Positions 9,112 to 19,523 of a DNA stretch of 64,000 nucleotides are shown here, in pieces (positions within the stretch are counted from its first letter, which is position 1; each line of letters opens with the position of its first letter). This stretch comes from an uncultured cyanobacterium (GTDB lineage: Bacteria; Cyanobacteriota; Cyanobacteriia; Pseudanabaenales; Pseudanabaenaceae): positions 3,872,001-3,936,000 of the forward strand of contig OY969811.1 in NCBI GenBank assembly GCA_963703315.1, in the 5' to 3' direction. The notes below the pieces were generated by a model. That model ran no database searches. It was not told where the DNA came from and was given only the letters and a program-made list of their open reading frames with translations. The position numbers and the translations under genes were made by a program.

Positions 9112-9612
9112 TTAACGTCTAGCGATCGCTTTGCTAGTAAGTGCCATAGTTGAGTCTTTCTTTTTGGACGGCATAACATCGTGAAGTATAGATTCTTTTA
9201 CTTCAGCAAGTTCAATGATGGGACAGATTGTTTCGGCATTCTCAGAGATTAGCGGTTCACCGACAAGGAGAGCTTCTAAATCAGAGCGCAGAGTTAGTAA
9301 CTGTTGAACTTGGCGATCAACTTCAGCAATTTTATCTTGGAGTTTGACCTTGACATGAGTACAAGGCAATTCTCCTTGATCATGGATTGATAGAAACTCT
9401 TTGATTTCCGATAGACTCAATCCTAAACCTTGAGAACGTTTGATAAAACTGAGGCGATTGATGATGTCCGCAGAAAACAGTCTAAATCCGCCTTCAGTAC
9501 GTCCCGATGATTCTAGTAGACCTAGCTCCTCATAATAGCGAATTGTCTTGATGGGAATACCGCTTTCTTTGGCGATCGCCCCGATTTGTTTGAGTTCCTT
9601 TTGAGCTAACAT
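9112..9612 (-). CDS. MerR-family heavy-metal-responsive regulator
   Basis: IGAIAKESGIPIKTIRYYEELGLL HTH; LPC and ICPII cysteines. Confidence 0.93.
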   Translation of the reverse strand: MLAQKELKQIGAIAKESGIPIKTIRYYEELGLLESSGRTEGGFRLFSADIINRLSFIKRSQGLGLSLSEIKEFLSIHDQGELPCTHVKVKLQDKIAEVDRQVQQLLTLRSDLEALLVGEPLISENAETICPIIELAEVKESILHDVMPSKKKDSTMALTSKAIARR

Positions 9613-9644
9613 CTCTCTCTTTTCTCTCCATTTTTAGATCTTGA

Positions 9645-9672
9645 GTAGGGACAATTCATGAATTACCCCTAC
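9645..9672. repeat. Cyanobacterial REP-like palindrome
   Basis: gtagggacaattcatgaattacccctac. Confidence 0.8.
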
Positions 9673-9697
9673 ATTTAGAATTGTCTCAACCATTCTA

Positions 9698-10570
9698 TCA
9701 ATCACGAACATGAATCCCAAAATCAGCCGTGACAATTTTGCCATTACGGTTAAACTGTCCCCAGAGCTTATATTCTCCAGATTTTGGGAACTTGGTCACG
9801 AAAGTAACTTTCCCTACGGAGCCATCACCTAAGGCATGGGCATGAATATAATCAGATGCAGTCAATGGTGTAGATTTTTTGACGATCACAAGATGTCCTT
9901 TTTCTCCCAAGTAGGGCTGCAAATCCGTAAGCGGCTGATTGGTTACAGGATCTTTTAGATCAAAGGTCAAGGTCACTTTCTCACCAGCTTTGATGTGAGC
10001 TTGAGAACTGGTCAGGTTGATTTGCGCTGTGCCAAATGTCTTAGTGCGATCGAAGTTCATCGGTGTAGCAGAGGGGCTTTCACCACCAACTTCTGTTTTG
10101 AGAACGGAAATTTGTTCTAGAGACTGGGCAGGCTTGTAATCGCTAAACAAGGTGTATTTTCCCGCCTGCGGAAAATTTGCTGACACTTTAAATCGTCCAT
10201 TGTGTTGATAGCTGGGATGAAGATGCTCAAAGAACTGAAGATCGTCACTGACAACAATTAAATGCATCAGCTTCTCTTGAAAGACCTCAAATTTTTCAAC
10301 GGCTTTGCCATTGAGATTTTGAACATCGATCAATAATGGCACAGTAGTATTGGGCAGCATATTGAGGGGAGTCGTCAACTTTGCCTCAGCAATTGTTGTT
10401 TCCGATGATGTCTTTTGGTGGTCACTAGAATGTTCTCCATGCTTATTAGTATGATTGTCTTTGACAGTAGGTTTTGATTCTTCGGCATTAGATATGGTGG
10501 ACAATGAGGAGCAAGCTTGAGTCAATGCCAAAACAGAAGTCAGTGCGATCGCAGTAATTAGTTTGTCCAT
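9698..10570 (-). CDS. His-rich lipoprotein typical of heavy-metal (Cu) clusters
   Basis: Lipobox-like TQAC; EKLMHLIVVSDDL..FEHLHP, PYLGEKGHLV and YIHAH motifs. Confidence 0.8.
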   Translation of the reverse strand: MDKLITAIALTSVLALTQACSSLSTISNAEESKPTVKDNHTNKHGEHSSDHQKTSSETTIAEAKLTTPLNMLPNTTVPLLIDVQNLNGKAVEKFEVFQEKLMHLIVVSDDLQFFEHLHPSYQHNGRFKVSANFPQAGKYTLFSDYKPAQSLEQISVLKTEVGGESPSATPMNFDRTKTFGTAQINLTSSQAHIKAGEKVTLTFDLKDPVTNQPLTDLQPYLGEKGHLVIVKKSTPLTASDYIHAHALGDGSVGKVTFVTKFPKSGEYKLWGQFNRNGKIVTADFGIHVRD

Positions 10571-10659
10571 GGTAGTTATCCCTCGATTTATAATGCTTTT
10601 GTGGATTAAAGAATGATAGGAATTTGTGTTCTAAGCTGAACGCAAATTCCTGTAAATGA

Positions 10660-10854
10660 TTAGGAGGCTGGATAGCCAGCATTAATCAGAGCTTCTCGAA
10701 TTGCCAACTCAGATGCTTGAGTTTCGACAACAATCAGTTTTGTTTTGGTATTAGCTTGAATTTCTGCATTTGCATCAACGTTTTTAATTGCGGCTGTAAC
10801 TGCATCTACACAGCTAGAACAAGCAAGAGTAGGGGTCTTGAGTTGAATAGTCAT
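10660..10854 (-). CDS. HMA-domain copper chaperone (Atx1/CopZ-like)
   Basis: MTIQLKTPTLACSSC...AGY; start reassigned to ATG 10854. Confidence 0.9.
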   Translation of the reverse strand: MTIQLKTPTLACSSCVDAVTAAIKNVDANAEIQANTKTKLIVVETQASELAIREALINAGYPAS

Positions 10855-10922
10855 AGTTTTTGATAACCTCTGTTGATTGACTGAAAAGAGAAACTGAATG
10901 GTGACTTCTCTATCTGCAAACA

Positions 10923-10954
10923 ACTCTACATTCTCTATTCGAGTGGAGAGTCAA
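10923..10954 (-). promoter_or_regulatory. MerR-type promoter/operator for the chaperone operon
   Basis: Minus strand TTGACT-20 bp-TAGAGT with dyad TCTCCA..TAGAGA in the spacer. Confidence 0.8.
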
Positions 10955-11013
10955 TAGATCTTCCAAAAAAAAGAGGCGGTGCTTTGCACCGCCTCTTTTT
11001 TTTGGAAGATCAT

Positions 11014-11541
11014 TTATTTTGCCTCGATCGCCCCGCGAAACATATTCATGCCACAGGCAAACTCATAGTTACCTGCCTTGGGTGGCGTGAATTCGATGGT
11101 TGTGGTTTTATTCAATTCTAGATGTTGGGCGATGTGGAAATCAGCGAGTCGTACTTCTTCTAAACAGCTACTAGGATCGCGGCGGAGAAAGTTGAGGCGG
11201 ACAAGTTGACCAGCATTAACCACAATTCGCGAAGGTTCGTAACCACCATCAACGACGACGGTTACTTCTTGAATGCCAGATTCAGATTCGGCTTTTTTAG
11301 ACTTCGGCTTGCTAAAAAGAAACCACCAAAGCTCTGCACCGATTAAGCCCACACCGACCACAGTGACAAGGATTTTGTTGGTTAGTGGTTGATCGATCGC
11401 TTTGAATTCTGTAGGTTTACGAGTCTCAGTTTGCATATTGTGATCATCAGGCATTTTCTCAGCCGCGATCGCGCCTGAAATAGCTCCAAATAGAAAGCCA
11501 ATGCCAACAAGAGTTCCAAAGAATGTCGCTTTTTTTAACAT
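11014..11541 (-). CDS. Cupredoxin-domain membrane protein
   Basis: VDGGYEPSRIVV, SSCLEE and YEFACGMNMFRG motifs. Confidence 0.9.
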   Translation of the reverse strand: MLKKATFFGTLVGIGFLFGAISGAIAAEKMPDDHNMQTETRKPTEFKAIDQPLTNKILVTVVGVGLIGAELWWFLFSKPKSKKAESESGIQEVTVVVDGGYEPSRIVVNAGQLVRLNFLRRDPSSCLEEVRLADFHIAQHLELNKTTTIEFTPPKAGNYEFACGMNMFRGAIEAK

Positions 11542-11588
11542 GATCGTTTTTCCTTTAATTTTGAATTTTAAGCCTAGTTGGAATTAAA

Positions 11589-11664
11589 CGTAGGATGGGT
11601 TAGCGATCGCGTAACCCATCATTGATACCTAATTGATGCGTTACGTTGCACTAACGCATCCTAC
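11589..11664. repeat. REP doublet (REPIN-like)
   Basis: cgtaggatgggttagcgatcgcgtaacccatc ... gatgcgttacgttgcactaacgcatcctac. Confidence 0.8.
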
Positions 11665-11701
11665 ATTTCTCAAAAAGTGTAAAGCGGCGCGGAGCACCGC
11701 T

Positions 11702-13957
11702 TTACACTTTTTGAGGTTTAAAATTTTTCAAGCGTAAGGCGTTAGTCACTACCGAAACAGAACTAAAAGCCATCGCGCCACCAGCAATCACGGGACTGAG
11801 TAACCAACCGAAGAAGGGGAAGAGAATCCCTGCGGCGATGGGAATGCCTAAGATGTTGTAGATGAAGGCGAAGAAGAGATTTTGGCGGATATTTTGGATC
11901 GTGGCGCGGGATAGTTGGATGGCGGTGACGATGCCTTGCAAATCACCTGAAATGAGAGTTATGTCACTAGCCGCGATCGCCACATCCGTACCCGTACCGA
12001 TCGCAATACCCACATCCGCCTGAGCAAGGGCAGGAGCATCATTAATACCATCACCCACCATCGCTACAACCTTACCTTCGTTTTGTAAACGCTGAATTTG
12101 AGCCGCTTTTTGATCGGGACGGACTTCGGCAAACACGCGATCGATGCCAACTTCATGGGCAATCACTTCCGCAGTACGGCGATTGTCGCCAGTGAGCATC
12201 ACTACTTCTAATCCCATGCGTTGCAAAGTCCGAATCGCTTGGACTGAGGAAGGTTTGACGGCATCGGCAATACCCATTACGCCTTGAATTTTGCCATTGA
12301 CCGCAATCCAGATCGCGGTATTACCTTTGCTCTCTAGCGTATCCCAAGTTTGTTCTAAAGATTCTGTGGTAATTCCTAATTCTCGCATCCAGCGATAGGT
12401 TCCAATTTGGACTAAATGATCGCCAATGTAGCCGCGTACACCACTACCTGCGATCGCTTCAAAATCTTTGGCATCGGTCAAATCCACCTTGAGCGCATCA
12501 GCATAACGCACGATCGCTTCTGCTAAGGGATGTTCAGAATAGCGTTCCACAGTGGCAGCCATGCTTAACAATTCTAAAACCTGACCATCGGGCATTCCTG
12601 CGGTAGTCACGAAATGAGTTACGCTGGGCTTACCTTGGGTAATCGTTCCTGTTTTATCCAAAACAATCGTTTGCAAATTATGAGCCTGTTCCAAACTATC
12701 CGCACCCTTAATTAGAATTCCATTCTCTGCACCTTTGCCAGTTCCCACCATAATCGATGTGGGTGTGGCTAAGCCCAAAGCACAGGGACAGGCAATAATC
12801 AGCACGCCGACCGTAGTAATCACCGCAAGGGTGACATTGCCCATGAAGTTGTACCAGATGATGAAAGTGGAAATGGCGATCGCAATCACGATCGGTACAA
12901 ATACACCCGTAACGCGATCGGCAAGGCGTTGAATGGGAGCCTTAGAACCTTGGGCTTGCTGCACTAATTTCACAATTTGGGATAGAAAAGTATCCTTCCC
13001 AATGCGGGTCACTCGAAACTTGAAACTACCAGTTTTATTAATAGTTGCGCCGATCACCTCATCACCGACTTGCTTTTTGACAGCGACACTTTCACCCGTC
13101 ACCATCGCTTCATCAATGGTAGAACTTCCTTCAATAATCTCACCATCAACGGGAATCTTTTCCCCAGGACGTACTAATACCACATCATCGAGTTGCACTT
13201 CGGCGATCGCAATATCCATTTCTCGACCATGCCGAATGACTCGCGCTGTTTTGGCTTGCAAACCCATTAACTTTCGCATTGCTTCCGAGGTGCTTCCCTT
13301 AGCGCGATTCTCAAAGAGTTTGCCAAGCAAAATCAAAGTAATAATTACGGCGGATGCTTCAAAATAAACATCAGCCGTTAAACCCTGCGAAGTAAAAAAC
13401 TGTGGATTAATCGTGGCAAAAATGGAATAACCATAGGCAGCTCCCGTACCAGTGGCGACTAGAGTATCCATTGTAGCGGCGTGACGTTTAAAAGCTTTGG
13501 CAGCATTGATATAGAAGGCTGCACCACACCAAAACTGGACAGGGATAGTTAAGATCAGTTGCAACCAAGAATTATGCATCCATGCAGGAATGAAGGGCAA
13601 GCTCAGCCCTGTCATCATTGGCAAGCCACCAATTACCAGAAATAGACTAATCGCACCACCAATGATCACCTTGCGATTGAGATCATTTTCTTCTTTGCGT
13701 CTTGAGGCTCGTTCCTCGTCATCATCAACTAAGGGATTTTCTTCTTTTAAAACTTGCGAAGAATAACCTGCATCAGCGATCGCCTGTTGAATACGATTCA
13801 CATCAACGGCTTTGGGGTTATAGGTGACAGTGGCTTGCTCTGCACCAAAGTTGACATTACATAGTTCAACACCTGAGAGATTACTAATCGCGGTTTCGAT
13901 GCTATTGGCACAGGAGGCGCAACTCATCCCTCGTAATTTCAGCGTACTCGTTTCCAT
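11702..13957 (-). CDS. copA: Cu(I)-translocating P1B-type ATPase (PacS/CopA-like)
   Basis: GMSCASC, TGE, CPC, DKTGT, HP, GDGIND, YN and MAFSS motifs. Confidence 0.95.
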   Translation of the reverse strand: METSTLKLRGMSCASCANSIETAISNLSGVELCNVNFGAEQATVTYNPKAVDVNRIQQAIADAGYSSQVLKEENPLVDDDEERASRRKEENDLNRKVIIGGAISLFLVIGGLPMMTGLSLPFIPAWMHNSWLQLILTIPVQFWCGAAFYINAAKAFKRHAATMDTLVATGTGAAYGYSIFATINPQFFTSQGLTADVYFEASAVIITLILLGKLFENRAKGSTSEAMRKLMGLQAKTARVIRHGREMDIAIAEVQLDDVVLVRPGEKIPVDGEIIEGSSTIDEAMVTGESVAVKKQVGDEVIGATINKTGSFKFRVTRIGKDTFLSQIVKLVQQAQGSKAPIQRLADRVTGVFVPIVIAIAISTFIIWYNFMGNVTLAVITTVGVLIIACPCALGLATPTSIMVGTGKGAENGILIKGADSLEQAHNLQTIVLDKTGTITQGKPSVTHFVTTAGMPDGQVLELLSMAATVERYSEHPLAEAIVRYADALKVDLTDAKDFEAIAGSGVRGYIGDHLVQIGTYRWMRELGITTESLEQTWDTLESKGNTAIWIAVNGKIQGVMGIADAVKPSSVQAIRTLQRMGLEVVMLTGDNRRTAEVIAHEVGIDRVFAEVRPDQKAAQIQRLQNEGKVVAMVGDGINDAPALAQADVGIAIGTGTDVAIAASDITLISGDLQGIVTAIQLSRATIQNIRQNLFFAFIYNILGIPIAAGILFPFFGWLLSPVIAGGAMAFSSVSVVTNALRLKNFKPQKV

Positions 13958-14031
13958 GTTTACCTCTTGAAATTCTTATGGGATCAAGAAGTTTCGCGCT
14001 TTGCTCGACACTTCTTGATTGGATTGGATAT

Positions 14032-14063
14032 ATCATGCATTCTCCAGTGAGGTGGAGAGTCAA
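14032..14063 (-). promoter_or_regulatory. MerR-type promoter/operator for the Cu ATPase
   Basis: Minus strand TTGACT-20 bp-CATGAT with dyad TCTCCA-N6-TGGAGA; near-identical to the site at 10923-10954. Confidence 0.85.
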
Positions 14064-14117
14064 GGGGTAAACCAAAATATTTTCAAAGGTGGCGCAAAGC
14101 GCCACCTTTGAAAATAT

Positions 14118-14915
14118 TTAGCGGAGACTACTGTACCAACCTCGCATCTGGTCAATCTCTTGGCTTTGCGATCGCAAAATATTTTGGGCAAGCTTACGCA
14201 TTTCGGGGCGATCGCTATCGACGATCATATTGCTCATCATCAATGCCATCTTGTGATGAGGAATCATCTCCGCTAGAAATACCTTGTCAAAATCACTATC
14301 TTTAGCAGTTTCCAGCTTTTTGAGATCAGTAGACATCATGTTCATACCCATCTTGCCCATCCTGTTGCTAGGCATACTCGTCATGTTGCCCATGCCCATC
14401 TTGCCGCCATTCATGCCCATCATGCTGTGATTAGAAGGTTTCATGGAATGGCTAGCCATGTCTGGAACATCGGCTTTATACCATTGCTTATACCAATCTC
14501 GCATCTGAGTGATTTCGAGAACTTGATCACGCTTGATTGCTGCCGCTAGTTTCAGCACATCAGCATTTTTCGATCGCTTGAGCGCCAGATCCGCCATCTT
14601 CACGGCTCCATCATGGTGCGGAATCATCATCTCAATGAAGTGGCGATCGGCGGCTTCACCAGTCATCATCATCATGTGATTGGACATCCCTTGATTGGTC
14701 ATCATGGCAGCATTTGTGGCACTAGGACAATCACCAGCAGCAAATGGTTTCGGTTTTGTTGATTGTGCTTGGGCGAAGTTGGTCATCAGACCTGTTATGG
14801 AGATCGCACCACCAATGACAATACTGGCAATTCCCAGCGATCGCAGTTTGTAGCTTTGGCGATCGCTGGTATGTGGGCGTTCTAGATTAGAGTCTCTAGG
14901 TTCTGTTGATTTCAT
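14118..14915 (-). CDS. DUF305 Met-rich copper-binding protein (CopM-like)
   Basis: Two F..MIPHH..A..M motifs, Q..EI.QMR.WY repeats, Met-rich linker. Confidence 0.9.
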   Translation of the reverse strand: MKSTEPRDSNLERPHTSDRQSYKLRSLGIASIVIGGAISITGLMTNFAQAQSTKPKPFAAGDCPSATNAAMMTNQGMSNHMMMMTGEAADRHFIEMMIPHHDGAVKMADLALKRSKNADVLKLAAAIKRDQVLEITQMRDWYKQWYKADVPDMASHSMKPSNHSMMGMNGGKMGMGNMTSMPSNRMGKMGMNMMSTDLKKLETAKDSDFDKVFLAEMIPHHKMALMMSNMIVDSDRPEMRKLAQNILRSQSQEIDQMRGWYSSLR

Positions 14916-14957
14916 AACTGTTCTCCTGAACTCATATCTCTAGGCTAGTTTAAAAAA

Positions 14958-14974
14958 ATGAACTCAGGATGAAA
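14958..14974 (-). promoter_or_regulatory. Putative CopR (OmpR-family) direct-repeat box
   Basis: Minus strand TTTCAT-N5-GTTCAT about 45 bp upstream of the DUF305 start. Confidence 0.55.
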
Positions 14975-15073
14975 CTCCAGATCAGCTACTCTATTTGTCC
15001 ATAAAACTTAATCAAATCTAGAAATGACGATCTTTTCTAAGTTGTAAGTTGTTTTTGTCTTTACCGCCGATCT

Positions 15074-15255
15074 GTAGGGGTCAAGCATTTGCGCCACAAT
15101 ATCTAAACTCTTCACAAAAAATCTCAATCCGCAAATGCTTGACCCTCTTCGCTCTTTCAATAAATTGTCCCTGCGTTGTGGGGATTGGGCGTAGCATTAC
15201 CGTTTGACGATCGCGAAGATATGCGTAAATGGTGGCGGCAATGCTGCGCCCCTTC
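15074..15255 (+). repeat. ~180-bp composite REP element, copy 1
   Basis: Two hairpins (ggtcaagcatttgcg..cgcaaatgcttgacc; gggcgtagcatt..aatgctgcgccc); direct repeat of 17148-17330. Confidence 0.85.
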
Positions 15256-15347
15256 GAGATTTTGAGGTTTCTTGCGGAGATAGATAGACTGTAAAAGCAA
15301 TGATATAATGCTGGCATAGAATCTGCCCCATCAAATCCTCAGAAAAA

Positions 15348-15599
15348 ATGGTTGTTTTACAGCTTGATGATGAGCAAGTAATAGAACTCGTGAATCAGCT
15401 TTCTAATGAGAAGCAATTGCGGTTATATCAGGTATTGATTAAAAAACGGCGCGATCGCTGGATTGAGTTATCTAATATTGGTCAGACTGGGGCAAGGCGT
15501 GCAGCTAGCGATCGCAGATTGGATTGGGATTTGCTAACTGAAGATGAGCGAGAGGACTTTGTAAATGAGCTAGTTCATGAGGATAGGGTGTGCGCCTAG
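15348..15599 (+). CDS. Putative antitoxin
   Basis: LQLDDEQVIELVNQL...WDLLTEDEREDFVNELVHE; stop overlaps a GTG start of the PIN remnant. Confidence 0.65.
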   Translation: MVVLQLDDEQVIELVNQLSNEKQLRLYQVLIKKRRDRWIELSNIGQTGARRAASDRRLDWDLLTEDEREDFVNELVHEDRVCA

Positions 15600-15808
15600 T
15601 CGTGGTTAAGGTTTTCGCGGATAGTGGTTATTGCTAATACCTTACAAGTTGTTGAAGCCGATCCGAAGGATGACATGATTGTTGAATGTGGTGTAGTTGG
15701 CAAGGGTAGTCATATTATTACTGGTGATAAGAAGCATTTACTACCGATGAGGCGATATCAAAATATTGATATTGTTACGGCAACAGATTTTTTGACCATA
15801 TTTTCTGA
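15590..15808 (+). pseudogene. PIN-family toxin remnant with N-terminal deletion; IS inserted 3 codons before its stop
   Basis: DPKDDMIVECG, IITGDKKHLL and IVTATDFL are PIN C-terminal motifs; the N-terminal DTN motif is absent; last codons ENQ* lie beyond the IS (to ~17115). Confidence 0.75.
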
Positions 15809-17099
15809 CAATACTACGGACAAAGTTGGTCAGAAATAGAACCGTAGGAGCAAAGCTTGTGGAAATTAGGGTGAGATTTAATCGAAGTAAGGTCTAAATC
15901 TAACAGGGAAATAAAGCGTTTAAGGAGATGACGATTGAAAGCCAAGCGTTTGTAACTCGCCATCGAAAAAACAAAAGGTTTGTGAGAATGAGCCGCAAGA
16001 TGAGTTTGCCAAGCATCGAATTTAGCCAGATTTAGAGCCATCAAGGAAGCATTGAAATGAAAGTCAAGCTTGGTCAAATTACGAGCTTGGCAATCGGCTA
16101 AACCAGTAAACTGTTTGGCATCACGAAAAATGAATTCAATTTGAAAACGAGATTTATAGAAGCAAAGAATTTCCGATGCATCAAGATTGATATCGGTGGA
16201 GAACAACAAAGCCAGTCCAACGCGCTCAGGGTTACGGCAGTCTCGAATATAAGCAAGACGGACTTTACGTTTCATGCTTACGACCCAGACTTCGACAGTG
16301 TAAAGGTACAGGGTTGGTTCAATCTCTGAGACTAAAGTCATGCGACTGACATCAGTCAAGTCTACCTTGCCATCGTACTTGCGTTTTCGACCACGAGGTT
16401 TCTGCTCACCTCTGTAGACATAACGCATATCTGCATCACACCGTAACTTGCCAATCGCATCTAAGCCCAAGTTAGTGACACCATCGACCCACTTAATTTT
16501 GCTATAAAATCCATCACTAACGATGTGTCGGGCTGATTTTGGGAAATAGGTCTTGGTGGCTGCTAGTTGCTCCAGATACCAATCAATTCTTGTTCTCTCG
16601 GCTTGAGCGGGTGGCGTTTGCTGTACCGATAGTGCGTATCCCTGTTTGTGATCAACATCGACTACTGCTACTACTGCTACCTCCAATCCTTTTTCAGCTT
16701 TTCCTGCACTCCCGTTGTAGAAGTACTCGATTCCATAGGTTGCTTTGCCACTTTTCCTGATGAATGAGCAGTCTGTGGCAATGATCTGCCGCGATGTTGG
16801 CAAAATCGCTCTTTGGATGATCTCTGCGTTCCCTTTGATGAAGTTGTATGAACGCGAAAACTGCCGTCGATAGCTGCGTTCACTGATTTCGCTATAGCGA
16901 CTTAGATTCATGAAGTTTACCTTCCCGCACATCACGATGATCGTTGAAAACAGGATTGATAGAAATTTCTGTTGTATTTTACTCTCTATCTTCGGTACTA
17001 TGGCGATCATGCTATTCATTTGGTGTTTCGTTTCGACACTTGCACCTTATCCGATGAATAGCTTTTTTGTTTCATTTTTGAAAATTGTCCGTAGTATTG
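15809..17099 (-). mobile_element. 1291-bp IS (DDE, IS4/IS701-like), copy 1
   Basis: 15-bp TIR CAATACTACGGACAA; 6-bp TSD TTCTGA at 15803-15808 and 17100-17105. Confidence 0.95.
15814..17019 (-). CDS. DDE transposase
   Basis: ATDCSF, VSDGFY and Y..RFQIEFIFRDAKQ motifs. Confidence 0.95.
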   Translation of the reverse strand: MNSMIAIVPKIESKIQQKFLSILFSTIIVMCGKVNFMNLSRYSEISERSYRRQFSRSYNFIKGNAEIIQRAILPTSRQIIATDCSFIRKSGKATYGIEYFYNGSAGKAEKGLEVAVVAVVDVDHKQGYALSVQQTPPAQAERTRIDWYLEQLAATKTYFPKSARHIVSDGFYSKIKWVDGVTNLGLDAIGKLRCDADMRYVYRGEQKPRGRKRKYDGKVDLTDVSRMTLVSEIEPTLYLYTVEVWVVSMKRKVRLAYIRDCRNPERVGLALLFSTDINLDASEILCFYKSRFQIEFIFRDAKQFTGLADCQARNLTKLDFHFNASLMALNLAKFDAWQTHLAAHSHKPFVFSMASYKRLAFNRHLLKRFISLLDLDLTSIKSHPNFHKLCSYGSISDQLCP

Positions 17100-17147
17100 T
17101 TCTGAGAATCAGTAAATTTAATAATCACCAACAGCACCAATAACTTT

Positions 17148-17330
17148 TAGGGGGTTAAGCATTTGCGCCACAATATTCAAACTCCTCACAAAAAATCTCG
17201 ATCTGCAAATGCTTAACCCTCTTTGCTCTCACCGATCGCTTGTCTCTGCGTTGTGAGGTTTGGGCGAAGCATTACCGTTTGGAGGCTGTGGTGAAATGCA
17301 TAAATGGTGGCGGTAATGCTACGCCCCTAC
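17148..17330 (+). repeat. ~180-bp composite REP element, copy 2
   Basis: Direct repeat of 15074-15255. Confidence 0.85.
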
Positions 17331-18232
17331 GATAATTTTTACTTTCTACTTTTTCCTTGAGGATCGGTTATGGCTTCGCGGTTTTATGTGTTGGTGTTTG
17401 TAGCTTTGACTGGAATACTGGGCATGGTGTCACCTCCTGATTTAGCTTTGTTGACAGTTCAGGCACAAACACGCAAAACAGAAGCAAATCGACTGCTTAA
17501 TCAAGGGATTCAGCAATTTCAATTCAGCCAGTTTGAAGCCGCATTTCAGTCATGGCAGCAAGCACTGACTATCTACAGGGAGATAAAAGATCGGCAGGGA
17601 GAGTCGGCAGCACTGGGAAATCTTGGGAACACTTATGATTCTCTCGGCAACTATGGCAAGGCGATCGAATATCAACTGCAAAGTTTAGAAATTGAGCGAG
17701 AAATCAAAAACCGACTCGGCGAGGGACAATCGTTGGGAAACTTAGGAATCTCTTACTATCGACTCGGCAAATACGATAAGGTGATTGAGTTCCAATTGCA
17801 AAGTTTGACAATCAAGCGAGAAATTAAAGATCAGCGTGGTGAGGGCAACGCCCTGAGCAATCTGGGGATTGCTTACTATGCTATTGGCAGATATGACAAA
17901 GCAATCGAATTCTATTTGCAAAGCTTGAGCATTTTCCGAGAACTTAAAGATCGTTTTGGTGAGGGAAACGCGCTGAGTAACTTGGGAACTGCTTACGATG
18001 CCCTTGGCGATTATGGCAAAGCAATCAATTATCAACTGCAAAGCCTAGAAATTGCAAGGGAAGTTAAAGACCGACGGGGGGAGGGACAGGCTTTAAGTAA
18101 TTTAGCTTACTATGCCATAGGTAAATATGATAAAGCGATTGCCCATAACCTGCAATCTTCGGCGATCGCAAAGGAAACTAGAGATCGTCTGATTAGAAAA
18201 AATTCTCTTAATAATTTTGGTGTTGCATACGA

Positions 18233-19523
18233 CAATACTACGGACAATTTTCAAAAATGAAACAAAAAAGCTATTCATCGGATAAGGTGCAAGTGTCGAA
18301 ACGAAACACCAAATGAATAGCATGATCGCCATAGTACCGAAGATAGAGAGTAAAATACAACAGAAATTTCTATCAATCCTGTTTTCAACGATCATCGTGA
18401 TGTGCGGGAAGGTAAACTTCATGAATCTAAGTCGCTATAGCGAAATCAGTGAACGCAGCTATCGACGGCAGTTTTCGCGTTCATACAACTTCATCAAAGG
18501 GAACGCAGAGATCATCCAAAGAGCGATTTTGCCAACATCGCGGCAGATCATTGCCACAGACTGCTCATTCATCAGGAAAAGTGGCAAAGCAACCTATGGA
18601 ATCGAGTACTTCTACAACGGGAGTGCAGGAAAAGCTGAAAAAGGATTGGAGGTAGCAGTAGTAGCAGTAGTCGATGTTGATCACAAACAGGGATACGCAC
18701 TATCGGTACAGCAAACGCCACCCGCTCAAGCCGAGAGAACAAGAATTGATTGGTATCTGGAGCAACTAGCAGCCACCAAGACCTATTTCCCAAAATCAGC
18801 CCGACACATCGTTAGTGATGGATTTTATAGCAAAATTAAGTGGGTCGATGGTGTCACTAACTTGGGCTTAGATGCGATTGGCAAGTTACGGTGTGATGCA
18901 GATATGCGTTATGTCTACAGAGGTGAGCAGAAACCTCGTGGTCGAAAACGCAAGTACGATGGCAAGGTAGACTTGACTGATGTCAGTCGCATGACTTTAG
19001 TCTCAGAGATTGAACCAACCCTGTACCTTTACACTGTCGAAGTCTGGGTCGTAAGCATGAAACGTAAAGTCCGTCTTGCTTATATTCGAGACTGCCGTAA
19101 CCCTGAGCGCGTTGGACTGGCTTTGTTGTTCTCCACCGATATCAATCTTGATGCATCGGAAATTCTTTGCTTCTATAAATCTCGTTTTCAAATTGAATTC
19201 ATTTTTCGTGATGCCAAACAGTTTACTGGTTTAGCCGATTGCCAAGCTCGTAATTTGACCAAGCTTGACTTTCATTTCAATGCTTCCTTGATGGCTCTAA
19301 ATCTGGCTAAATTCGATGCTTGGCAAACTCATCTTGCGGCTCATTCTCACAAACCTTTTGTCTTTTCGATGGCGAGTTACAAACGCTTGGCTTTCAATCG
19401 TCATCTCCTTAAACGCTTTATTTCCCTGTTAGATTTAGACCTTACTTCGATTAAATCTCACCCTAATTTCCACAAGCTTTGCTCCTACGGTTCTATTTCT
19501 GACCAACTTTGTCCGTAGTATTG
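18233..19523 (+). mobile_element. 1291-bp IS, copy 2 (inverted relative to copy 1)
   Basis: Same TIR; TSD ATACGA at 18227-18232 and 19524-19529. Confidence 0.95.
18313..19518 (+). CDS. DDE transposase, identical in protein sequence to 15814-17019
   Basis: Identical 401-aa translation. Confidence 0.95.
   Translation: MNSMIAIVPKIESKIQQKFLSILFSTIIVMCGKVNFMNLSRYSEISERSYRRQFSRSYNFIKGNAEIIQRAILPTSRQIIATDCSFIRKSGKATYGIEYFYNGSAGKAEKGLEVAVVAVVDVDHKQGYALSVQQTPPAQAERTRIDWYLEQLAATKTYFPKSARHIVSDGFYSKIKWVDGVTNLGLDAIGKLRCDADMRYVYRGEQKPRGRKRKYDGKVDLTDVSRMTLVSEIEPTLYLYTVEVWVVSMKRKVRLAYIRDCRNPERVGLALLFSTDINLDASEILCFYKSRFQIEFIFRDAKQFTGLADCQARNLTKLDFHFNASLMALNLAKFDAWQTHLAAHSHKPFVFSMASYKRLAFNRHLLKRFISLLDLDLTSIKSHPNFHKLCSYGSISDQLCP

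Noticed and set aside
15081..15317. 78-aa minus-strand ORF
   Set aside because: Mostly overlaps the REP composite repeat; likely spurious
15809..19523. Composite transposon formed by the two IS copies
   Set aside because: Each copy has its own matched TSD (TTCTGA, ATACGA) and the outer flanks do not match, so they inserted separately
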